Assembly: GCA_964230645.1 (NCBI GenBank)
Contig: CAXRHT010000001.1
Coordinates: 192,001-256,000, forward strand
Origin: Bdellovibrionales bacterium
GTDB taxonomy: Bacteria > Bdellovibrionota > Bdellovibrionia > Bdellovibrionales > JAGQZY01
Direction: 5' to 3'
DNA length: 64,000 nt
Below, piece by piece: positions 56,451-64,000 of the stretch. A program made the position numbers and the translations under genes. The notes beneath the pieces are model-generated. The model ran no database searches. It saw only the letters and a list, made by a program, of their open reading frames with translations, and was not told the origin of the DNA. How positions within the stretch are numbered: position 1 is the first letter of the stretch; every line of letters begins with the position of its first letter.

Positions 56451-57423
56451 AAGCTTGCCTCTCTTTTTTAATAAATTTCATCTCAACATAGGTAAAAGCC
56501 AGATAACAAACGAGCAGCACTCCTGCTATTTTCCATAAGAAAGCTTCCTCAAGGGGGCGCTTGATGGAAAAGGAAATAAAAAGTGAACTCAAACTCGCCC
56601 CCCACTGCTCGTGGTGTGGTCGATGATTGAACATAAAAAAGTGCAGGAGAGAGTAAGTGATCAAACCTTCGAAAAAACAGACTCGAGTGAAGTGAATAAG
56701 TATGGAGTTGAATCGATTTTTCATCGACTGCATCACTGTCATATGAATGCTTTCCCATGAGGTTCCGCCGAGAGACTTAATAATCTCAAAACTTTTTAAG
56801 CTCTCCTCCCCTTTCAAGGTTTTCTCCATAAAAAGAATCATTTTAGGTAAGATGTAGAGAAAAAGGCCGAGAACAACCACTACTGCCACAAGCCCGGCTT
56901 GCGCAAAATCGATCACTCTCTCTAAGGTCGATTGAAAAAAAGAATCCACGCTTAAGTCGGCATCGAAAAAAGGAAGAATCGTTAAAGGGTATAAAAGCAG
57001 AGTAATGGCAAAGGCCACCGATTGGGTCAAAAAATTAGAAGACGAAAAGAAATAGGTCCACTGATTTTGAAGAGCTAAAAAGCCCGGCTCCCCAATCACC
57101 TCTACATAGATGTAAACAAATAAAACCAGAGGCAAAGACGAGTAATATTTTAAGAACACTCGGATGGCGCGAATCAGTCGCCCCTTTTTTCTATGCTCCA
57201 TCAATGTGGCAAAAGAAAGAGCAAAGGGCCAACTAGAGAGGCTGGCTAACAATGAAACACTCAAGCCCACTGAAACCCATAGAAAGATTTTTCGAAAATC
57301 AAAAGATTCAAGATCGAGAAACAATGCCACCAAATAAAAGGCGCCCAACCCACAAAGAGCGGCAAGATAGAGGCTAATGAGTAGGAAAACGATCTTTTCC
57401 ATTCCTTTAAAAATAAGACTCAT
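56437..57423 (-). CDS. pstC: Highly divergent PstC-like permease
   Basis: Multi-TM; SSLPLVLF, YILPK and an EAA-loop remnant EIIKSLGGTSWESI; first gene of the operon. Confidence 0.6.
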   Translation of the reverse strand: MSLIFKGMEKIVFLLISLYLAALCGLGAFYLVALFLDLESFDFRKIFLWVSVGLSVSLLASLSSWPFALSFATLMEHRKKGRLIRAIRVFLKYYSSLPLVLFVYIYVEVIGEPGFLALQNQWTYFFSSSNFLTQSVAFAITLLLYPLTILPFFDADLSVDSFFQSTLERVIDFAQAGLVAVVVVLGLFLYILPKMILFMEKTLKGEESLKSFEIIKSLGGTSWESIHMTVMQSMKNRFNSILIHFTRVCFFEGLITYSLLHFFMFNHRPHHEQWGASLSSLFISFSIKRPLEEAFLWKIAGVLLVCYLAFTYVEMKFIKKERQAYASS

Positions 57424-57518
57424 ACTCTCCGATCCTTTGCACCCTTGGCATCGCTACAACTGGCAACACTCGCTCCCTTATTTTCTAAAAGGATTCCCAG
57501 GCCAAGTCCAGCTGAGCA

Positions 57519-57555
57519 TGTCAAGATTCTGTCAAGATATTCTCAGGGTTTGTCT
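57519..57555. promoter_or_regulatory. Pho-box-like 11-bp-period direct repeats between pstC and dinB
   Basis: TGTCA (57519), TGTCA (57530), TCTCA (57541) and TGTCT (57551) on the + strand. Confidence 0.65.
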
Positions 57556-57586
57556 AAGTTATTAAAAAAACGATTTTTTTATAAAC

Positions 57587-57615
57587 TTGCTATCTTAAGA
57601 TGGTGTCGGTAGTTT
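57587..57615 (+). promoter_or_regulatory. Sigma70-type promoter of dinB (probably leaderless)
   Basis: TTGCTA-N17-TAGTTT, 5 nt before the ATG. Confidence 0.55.
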
Positions 57616-57620
57616 GAGGC

Positions 57621-58703
57621 ATGGACTACGGTCATCGCAAGATTATCCACATTGATATGGATTGCTTTTACGCGGCTGTTGAGATGCGTGATCGTCCGGA
57701 TCTCAAAAATCGCCCACTAGCTGTGGGTGGTTCTCCCACAGGTCGTGGCGTACTAACCACCTGTAATTATCCAGCCAGGCGCTATGGTTTGCGCTCAGCT
57801 CTCTCCGCCAGAGAAGCCGTTAAACTCTGCCCTGATTTAGTCATCTTACCCGTTCGCATGAACAAATACCGGGAAGTCAGTCTGGAAATCTTAGAAATTA
57901 TGAAAAGCTATGCCTCTAAAATTGAAAGAGTTTCACTCGATGAGGCCTACTTGGATGTCACAGACTCCTCTCTCTTTGAGGGCAGTGCTAGTTTAATCGC
58001 AAAGAAGTTGCGTACAGACATTCGCGAAAAACTTGATCTCACGGCCTCTGCCGGAATTGCTCCCAATAAATTTTTAGCCAAAGTGGCCAGTGATTGGAAA
58101 AAGCCCGATGGGCAATACACTCTTGCTCCGGCTGATATCCCAGAATTTATAAAAACCCTTCCCGTTCAGAAAGTGCCAGGCGTGGGTCGTAGTTTTCTCG
58201 CTAAACTCTCCGAGAAAAATTTGAAAACCTGTGGAGATCTTCAGGCGATCAGCCTCAGTGATATGACTCACTATTGGGGCCAATGGGGAGCCAGACTTTT
58301 TGATCTTTGCCGAGGAGTGGATCAAAGCCCTGTGAGGTCAGAGAGAAAACGGAAGTCCATTTCCGTTGAAAGAACTTTTCGGAAAGATATTTCCACTTGG
58401 GAGGATTTGCGTCCTTGGGTAGAAAATCTTTTTGAGGAGCTTGAGTACCGAGTGAATAAAAACAACATCCAAACGGAACAACTCAAAAGCCTTGGAGTGA
58501 AAATGAAAACCCAGGACTTTGAAATTACAAGCCTTGAGAAGACTCTTCCCTTTGAGCTAGATAGCTATCTAGATCTCAGCCAAAAACATTTTTACAATCA
58601 GAATAAACCACTAAGACTTTTGGGGCTGGGTGCAAAACTCAACGAAAAAACTGAAAAGAAAAACCGCCAACAAATGAAGTTTGAACTAAGTCCAGGAGTG
58701 TGA
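57621..58703 (+). CDS. dinB: DNA polymerase IV
   Basis: IIHIDMDCFYAAVE, CNYPARRYG, SLDEAYLDV and NKFLAKVASDWKKPDG. Confidence 0.97.
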   Translation: MDYGHRKIIHIDMDCFYAAVEMRDRPDLKNRPLAVGGSPTGRGVLTTCNYPARRYGLRSALSAREAVKLCPDLVILPVRMNKYREVSLEILEIMKSYASKIERVSLDEAYLDVTDSSLFEGSASLIAKKLRTDIREKLDLTASAGIAPNKFLAKVASDWKKPDGQYTLAPADIPEFIKTLPVQKVPGVGRSFLAKLSEKNLKTCGDLQAISLSDMTHYWGQWGARLFDLCRGVDQSPVRSERKRKSISVERTFRKDISTWEDLRPWVENLFEELEYRVNKNNIQTEQLKSLGVKMKTQDFEITSLEKTLPFELDSYLDLSQKHFYNQNKPLRLLGLGAKLNEKTEKKNRQQMKFELSPGV

Positions 58704-59395
58704 GTTCTGTGATCAGTGTTGAACAAATTTTACTCAGCTTTATCCCCTTTGTCATTGGGATCAGTCTTCTCGCCTACTATTCCATCAACCTTAAAGAACT
58801 TCTCTACGCTAGTGTTCGCATGGTTTTACAACTTGTGGGAATTGGCTATGTACTCACCTACCTCTTTGCAAAAGATCATTTTCTTTGGACCTCCCTTTTA
58901 CTAACTATTATGATTGTTGTCTCGTCATGGGTTTCTCTAAGAGTGGTAAAAAAAGAGCGTTTAAAACTTTTGAAATATTCTTTTCTAGCTCTTCTTTTTG
59001 GATCCACCCCTGTGCTCTTCTGGACCACAGGGCTTGTGATTCCGGGTGAGAGCATTTGGGACCCTCGTTTTGTGATCCCACTGGCCGGCATGGTTTACGC
59101 CAATTCGATGAACACACTAAGTCTTGCTGCTGAAAGGCTCCTTAATGAATTAAAAATCCACCCCTGGCCGATGGCACAAAGTTTAGCTCTAAAAGCTGCC
59201 TTTATCCCTCACATTAACACCTTTCTTGTCGTGGGTTTGGTTTCACTACCCGGAATGATGACCGGGCAAATTCTCTCCGGCGTCGACCCATTGATCGCCG
59301 TTCGTTATCAAATTGTGATTATGACGATGATCTTTTCGTCCAGTGCGCTGAGCAGTTTACTTTTTGTTAAATTATTAGGGTCAAACCTGGATTAG
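58700..59395 (+). CDS. fetB: UPF0014 / FetB-YbbM ABC permease
   Basis: RMVLQL..IGYVL, IPLAGMVYANSM and GLVSLPGMMTGQILSG.DP..AVRYQI. Confidence 0.88.
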   Translation: MSSVISVEQILLSFIPFVIGISLLAYYSINLKELLYASVRMVLQLVGIGYVLTYLFAKDHFLWTSLLLTIMIVVSSWVSLRVVKKERLKLLKYSFLALLFGSTPVLFWTTGLVIPGESIWDPRFVIPLAGMVYANSMNTLSLAAERLLNELKIHPWPMAQSLALKAAFIPHINTFLVVGLVSLPGMMTGQILSGVDPLIAVRYQIVIMTMIFSSSALSSLLFVKLLGSNLD

Positions 59396-59396
59396 A

Positions 59397-59516
59397 GTGA
59401 TCCCGAGAAATGTTCATAGTCATCCTGAGATTTATTCATAGTCATCCTGAGACTTGTTCATTGTCATCCTGAGCGAAGCGAAGGATCTTAGGTCTTTCGC
59501 TTCGCTCAAGACGACA
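59397..59516. repeat. REP-like palindrome preceded by 22-bp-period tandem copies of its left end
   Basis: TGTCATCCTGAGCGAAGCGAAGGATCT (59462-59488) is inverted at 59490-59516. GTCATCCTGAG recurs at 59419, 59441 and 59463, with a degenerate copy at 59397. Confidence 0.88.
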
Positions 59517-59558
59517 TGCTCTCATCCAAGAAGACAGGCTTTCATCCGATATGACTTG

Positions 59559-60284
59559 CTACTTCAAGCAGTCGCGATACTGCCTCACCGTATTTTTCCA
59601 CCCCTCATTAAGAGCGTCACAGACCAAGGCGTGACCAATGGAAACTTCGGCGAGTTCGTCAATATGGTCATTGAAGAACTTTAAATTGTGGAGGTTTAAG
59701 TCATGACCAGCATTGACCTTCATTCCCATGGAATCGGCGAGCTTGGCGCACTTCTGATAGGCTTTGATTTCCTCTTCCTGCTGCCCCACCTTGAAAGCCT
59801 CAGCATAAGACTCGGTGTAAAGTTCCACGCGATCCACACCAAGATCTCGAAAAGCCAGAAGTTCTTTCATTTGAATTTCATTAGGATCCACAAAAAGAGA
59901 GACGCGGATATTTTTATTTTTCAATGTCGAGATCGCTTTTTTAAGGAGCTCCTCATTGCCTTCAAGCCTCCAACCCGCATTGGAAGTGAGCACCTCAGGT
60001 GGATCGGGTACGAGAGTGCACTGGTCCGGCTTTATTTGACCCACCTTCTCTAGAAAATGGCTCTCCGGAAAGCCCTCAACGTTGAGTTCCACTGAAATAT
60101 TTTCTTTAAGTTCTACCACATCGGGCCAGCGGATGTGGCGACCATCAGGCCTTGGATGAACGGTAATCCCCTGAGCGCCGAATTCGATAATCTTTAAAGA
60201 TTCACTGAGTACATTGGGTAGATCTTTACCTCGCGCATTGCGAAGGGTGGCTACCTTATTCACATTCACACTCAGTCGGGTCAT
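59559..60284 (-). CDS. pdxJ: Pyridoxine 5'-phosphate synthase
   Basis: LSVNVNKVATLRNAR, GITVHPRPD.RHI, VELYTE, NAGHDL and EVSIGH. Confidence 0.97.
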   Translation of the reverse strand: MTRLSVNVNKVATLRNARGKDLPNVLSESLKIIEFGAQGITVHPRPDGRHIRWPDVVELKENISVELNVEGFPESHFLEKVGQIKPDQCTLVPDPPEVLTSNAGWRLEGNEELLKKAISTLKNKNIRVSLFVDPNEIQMKELLAFRDLGVDRVELYTESYAEAFKVGQQEEEIKAYQKCAKLADSMGMKVNAGHDLNLHNLKFFNDHIDELAEVSIGHALVCDALNEGWKNTVRQYRDCLK

Positions 60285-60408
60285 GAGGCTCTTTATAGCG
60301 GAAAAATGGAGGAATACAAAGAAAAATCCTACGCCTCCACGGGGTCCTTGCGGTGGACTCTTGGCCCATTTAAGGATAAGCTCAGGCTTTCTAATGGGAG
60401 GAAGAAAT

Positions 60409-61659
60409 ATGAAGTTGCAACCCGTGCGAGGAACGCGAGACATTTACGGCGAAGAAGCTCTTCTTTTTAGAGAAATCGAGAGCCAGTTTTCCCGCACAGC
60501 AAAAATCTTTGATTTTCACGAGATTCAAACCCCCATTTTTGAATTCACTCAAGTTTTTAAAAGATCTCTTGGTGACGAAACCGATATTGTTAATAAAGAA
60601 ATGTACACTTTCGAAGATCGCAGTGGTGATTCTCTTACACTGAGACCTGAAGGCACAGCCAGTGTTGTGCGCTCAGTTCTTTCCGAAAGTCTGCTTAGAG
60701 ATTTACCTTTGAAGCTTTTTTACTCAGGTCCGATGTTCCGTCACGAAAGACCACAAAAAGGGCGGTACCGACAATTCACTCAGTTTGGAGTAGAAATGAT
60801 TGGTGTCGGCGATCCGGTGGGTGACATCGAAATTCTTTCTTTTGCTTGGAACTTTTTTAAAGGCTGCCAGCTTGATAAAAAAGTCGAACTTGAAATCAAC
60901 ACCATCGGTGATCTTGAAAGCCGTAAAAAATATCTAGATAAGTTGACCACCTTCTTAGAGTCCTACAAAAAAGATCTATCAGAGGATTCGCAAAGACGCC
61001 TTAAAAGCAATCCCCTTCGAATCTTAGATTCCAAGGACGAAAATGATAAAAAGATCGTCAGTGAGGCCCCTAGCCTTTCAGATTCACTTAATGACGAGTC
61101 GAAAAGTTTTTTCGACCAGGTACTCTCTGGTCTTGAGAAGTTGGGGCTTTCCTATAAACTCAATCCCCTTCTTGTGCGTGGTTTAGATTATTATAACCAC
61201 AGTGTTTTTGAATTCACCACAACCCATCTAGGCTCACAGAATGCCGTACTTTCTGGTGGCCGTTACAATAATCTTATTGAAACCATGGGAGGTCCCAGTA
61301 CACCGGGTGTAGGTTGGGCTGCGGGGACCGATAGAATTGCCTTACTTTTAGAAAAACCCAAAAACCCTCACAAAACATTGGCTCTTATTGCTGCCACAGA
61401 GAAAGGTAGCGAGCATCGTTTTAAACTCCTCAACGAGCTGCGAGAGGCGGAAATTCCAAGCCAAATCATTTACTCCGGTAACATTTCAAAACAAATGAAA
61501 AAGGCGAACAAACGTAACTGTTCCCACGCTCTCATAATCGGCGACGAAGAGATTGAAAAGGAAACCTATGAGCTTAAGAATTTAAAGGATGGTTCCCAGG
61601 AGAGTTTTCCAAAGGAGAAACTTTTTGATTTTCTAAAAAAACAAGACTGGGGCCTTTAA
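60409..61659 (+). CDS. hisS: Histidine--tRNA ligase
   Basis: VRGTRD, LRPEGTA, FRHERPQKGRYRQF, VRGLDYY and GGRY; start after GGAGG. Confidence 0.97.
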   Translation: MKLQPVRGTRDIYGEEALLFREIESQFSRTAKIFDFHEIQTPIFEFTQVFKRSLGDETDIVNKEMYTFEDRSGDSLTLRPEGTASVVRSVLSESLLRDLPLKLFYSGPMFRHERPQKGRYRQFTQFGVEMIGVGDPVGDIEILSFAWNFFKGCQLDKKVELEINTIGDLESRKKYLDKLTTFLESYKKDLSEDSQRRLKSNPLRILDSKDENDKKIVSEAPSLSDSLNDESKSFFDQVLSGLEKLGLSYKLNPLLVRGLDYYNHSVFEFTTTHLGSQNAVLSGGRYNNLIETMGGPSTPGVGWAAGTDRIALLLEKPKNPHKTLALIAATEKGSEHRFKLLNELREAEIPSQIIYSGNISKQMKKANKRNCSHALIIGDEEIEKETYELKNLKDGSQESFPKEKLFDFLKKQDWGL

Positions 61660-61660
61660 A

Positions 61661-62242
61661 ATGACACCCATCATCCTGGCTAGCAGTTCCCCCTTTAGGC
61701 AAGAGCAGATGACAAACTTAGGTTTTAAGTTTGAGTCTCTTTCTCCTGCGGTTGACGAGCGAGCTCTGGAGAAAAATTACACTGATCCCATCGAAAAGCT
61801 TTCTGATTTTTTAGCAGAGAGAAAAGCTCAGGCCATTGCCCAACTGAATCCTGAGAAAGTGGTCATTGGATCAGACCAAGTCCTTATCTACCAAGGGCAA
61901 TCTTGGGCCAAACCGGAAACTCTTCTGGAGGTTGAAGAACGACTGGAAGCTCTTCAAGGAGACACCCACGAACTGCACACCAGTATCTGTGTGAAATTCA
62001 AAAAGCAGACTGTCATTGAAAAAGTGGTTTCCTCTATGTCGATGCATCCCTTGTCTCAAAGCGAGATTAAAAAATATGTCAGCCTCGACCAGCCCATTGG
62101 CTGTGCCGGAGGTTACAAGTTTGAAAAAAGAGGCTCAGCTTTGTTTTACAAGGTTGAGACCACAGACCCCACCTCCATCATAGGGCTCCCCCTCCTCCCT
62201 TTGGTCTCGATCCTTAGAAAATGGGGCATTTCCATACTTTGA
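61661..62242 (+). CDS. maf: Maf family nucleotide pyrophosphatase (YceF-like)
   Basis: ILASSSPFR, KA, IGSDQV, CAGGYKFE and IIGLPL. Confidence 0.93.
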   Translation: MTPIILASSSPFRQEQMTNLGFKFESLSPAVDERALEKNYTDPIEKLSDFLAERKAQAIAQLNPEKVVIGSDQVLIYQGQSWAKPETLLEVEERLEALQGDTHELHTSICVKFKKQTVIEKVVSSMSMHPLSQSEIKKYVSLDQPIGCAGGYKFEKRGSALFYKVETTDPTSIIGLPLLPLVSILRKWGISIL

Positions 62243-62247
62243 TCGGG

Positions 62248-62274
62248 TGAGTTAAATCCTAAAAATCCCGATAG
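62248..62274 (+). promoter_or_regulatory. Possible sigma28-type promoter (leaderless)
   Basis: TGAG-N15-CCCGATAG ending 6 nt before the ATG at 62281. Confidence 0.5.
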
Positions 62275-62280
62275 GTTCAT

Positions 62281-63714
62281 ATGGGATTTGCAGCGGAAAA
62301 AAACGAAGAACAGCAGTTAGTAAAAGACCAAATCAATCTTGAGAAAAGACGATTGGGACGATCCGAACTTATGGTTTCACCCATATGTTTCGGAAGTCTA
62401 CGCCTCACTCCTGAAAATGGCATTTACAAAGAAACTCTTTACCAAGCTCTCAACAGTGGGATCCAGTTTATTGATACCAGCGGAGCTTACGGTAACGGAG
62501 CCTCAGAAATTGTTATTGGGGAAGCTTTAAGAGAATACGTTGGTCAGTATCCCGATAAAAAAGACTCCATCGTACTTTGTACGAAAATGGGTATTGTACA
62601 AGGCGCCACTTTACAAGAATTACAAATGCGCTCCCAAATGGGTCATAAAATCCCCGGGGCCTACAAGATCAGCGAACGTATGAGCTACTGCCTCACTCCA
62701 GAATACATTGAATCACAATTAAGCCTTTCTTTAAGACGACTGCAAACCGAACGCGTAAGTCTCGTTCTTCTGCAAAACCCAGAATATCTTTTAAAGATTC
62801 TAGGATCAAAAAAAGAGTTCACCACTTATCTTAAAAGGGCTTTTGAGCACCTAGAAGTGGAAGTGGCTAAAGGAAGAATCTCTCACTATGGAATTAGTTC
62901 GAGTGCCTTTTTGAAAAAAGAGATTGCGCCTGATTTCCTTGATATTGATGAGGTGGTGGCGATTGCCGAATCGATTTCCAAGAAACATCACTTCTCAGTG
63001 GCCCAGGTTCCTTTCAACTTATTTGAGTCAGGACCTCTATTCACTAAGAATCAAAACAAAAGATCCTTTTTTGAAGCGGCCCACATGCACGATCTTGGGG
63101 TACTCACCTGCCGTCCTCTCACAAGCCATCATCGCGATAAGGTTCATCATTTTATCACCTTCCCTGGAAAAGACGAGGTTTCTATTAAAGGACGCCTACA
63201 TACCTTATTAATGGAAGTTGTCGAGCTTGAAAAAGAGCTGTTTAAAAAGATGCCTGAACACAAAGACCTCAAATGGGGACACCTTCTTCGGAACAACCTC
63301 AATAAAATTAGCGACTGGTGGAAGTGGAATCAGTACTTACAAAAAAACATACTTCCTAGTATGCAAGAAAGTATCGAGAAATTACCCCACTCTCCTGAGT
63401 GGAACAATTGGAAAGTGAACTACGTCAATCGCATGCACTCACTTTTTGGCTTAGTTACTGACAGTTTACAAGGGATTGCGAACCTACGCACCAATCAAAT
63501 CTGTCACTACCTCAATCAGGAGTGCGCTTCCCTTGAGGACGAGACTAAGCTTTCTAATAAAGTGACAAGGCTTTATCTTTCTCTCCCGGAGATTCACTCG
63601 GTGGTTATGGGGCTATCTCATCCTGACCATGTGGAAGATCTTTTGGAACTCGGAGAGATTCCTGATACGCAGACCACACTGCAAATTCTTAAGAAAGTTA
63701 AGATGCATTTCTAG
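62281..63714 (+). CDS. Aldo/keto reductase family protein with helical insertion
   Basis: RLGRSELMVSPICFG, IDTSGAYGNGASE, TKMG, SLRRLQ, G.ISHYGISS and QVPFNL. Confidence 0.88.
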   Translation: MGFAAEKNEEQQLVKDQINLEKRRLGRSELMVSPICFGSLRLTPENGIYKETLYQALNSGIQFIDTSGAYGNGASEIVIGEALREYVGQYPDKKDSIVLCTKMGIVQGATLQELQMRSQMGHKIPGAYKISERMSYCLTPEYIESQLSLSLRRLQTERVSLVLLQNPEYLLKILGSKKEFTTYLKRAFEHLEVEVAKGRISHYGISSSAFLKKEIAPDFLDIDEVVAIAESISKKHHFSVAQVPFNLFESGPLFTKNQNKRSFFEAAHMHDLGVLTCRPLTSHHRDKVHHFITFPGKDEVSIKGRLHTLLMEVVELEKELFKKMPEHKDLKWGHLLRNNLNKISDWWKWNQYLQKNILPSMQESIEKLPHSPEWNNWKVNYVNRMHSLFGLVTDSLQGIANLRTNQICHYLNQECASLEDETKLSNKVTRLYLSLPEIHSVVMGLSHPDHVEDLLELGEIPDTQTTLQILKKVKMHF

Positions 63715-63728
63715 AAATTGATATCTTG

Positions 63729-63910
63729 AGGATGGGGCTCGATCGGAAGGCCTCGGTTGCCTTCGTTTGGCGGGAACATTCGCTAAAATAAACCGCGGCT
63801 CCTGCCTAACCTAAATTTCGCCCTCTGGGCGAAAACGCGTCCGCTTTTAGGAGGTTCATTTTAGCGAATGTTCCCGCCAAACGAAGGCTATCGTGGTTCG
63901 AACGTGTCCT
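63729..63910. repeat. Long palindromic intergenic element
   Basis: Perfect 31-bp inverted arms at 63759-63789 and 63858-63888, with imperfect extensions and an inner TTTCGCCC-TCT-GGGCGAAA hairpin. Confidence 0.88.
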
Positions 63911-64000
63911 TGATCAAATTAGCTTTTTTTATAGCTTGTTCATTAAAATTTTCTTTACTTGTTTCTTTAAATTCGGAAGAATTTCTTTTTCGAACCAGGG

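Noticed and set aside
55689..57423. Calling pstA/pstC pseudogenes
   Set aside because: Full-length open frames, retained TM pattern and overlapping start/stop junctions, with no frameshifts or internal stops.
60214..60443. Apparent head-to-head overlap of pdxJ and hisS
   Set aside because: Artefact of longest-ORF starts; the likely starts are 60284 (-) and 60409 (+), leaving a normal divergent gap.
1012..63418. Numerous short ORFs nested in or antisense to the called genes
   Set aside because: No motifs or RBS, and they are fully explained as alternative-frame shadows of well-supported genes.

Overview
Bacterial chromosomal segment, about 42% GC by eye, with no integrase, transposase, CRISPR or rRNA. 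Several features point to a predatory Bdellovibrionota-like organism (inference): FQxC-type lipoproteins, a stand-alone FliG-C paralogue, an L,D-transpeptidase, sigma28-type promoters and many secreted hypothetical proteins. In order, the window holds an SDR fragment, a secreted vanadium-haloperoxidase-family protein, tRNA-Gly(GCC) with a duplicated 3' end, a block of large exported proteins, trpS, nrdAB with tandem NrdR boxes, and a type-I-secretion-like locus whose ABC membrane domain is fused to the HlyD adaptor with no ATPase domain. It continues with folE2, outer-membrane proteins, sppA, a Leptospira-like hem operon (hemA-hemC/D-hemL-HK-RR-hemE-hemN-hemG-hemH, no hemB) with an exact TGACA-N6-TGACA box, and a GHKL-kinase/STAS pair. 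It ends with a pstCAB-phoU-phoB-phoR operon whose PstB has lost four ABC catalytic motifs, then dinB, fetB, pdxJ, hisS, maf and an aldo/keto reductase. The best candidates for new biology are the degenerate Pst 'pseudo-transporter' coupled to intact PhoU/B/R, the ATPase-less TMD-HlyD/TolC exporter, and the HemKR-like circuit, whose box also occurs upstream of the pst operon. There are also several long intergenic palindromes and many apparently leaderless genes. All family assignments come from motif recognition by eye; no searches were run.
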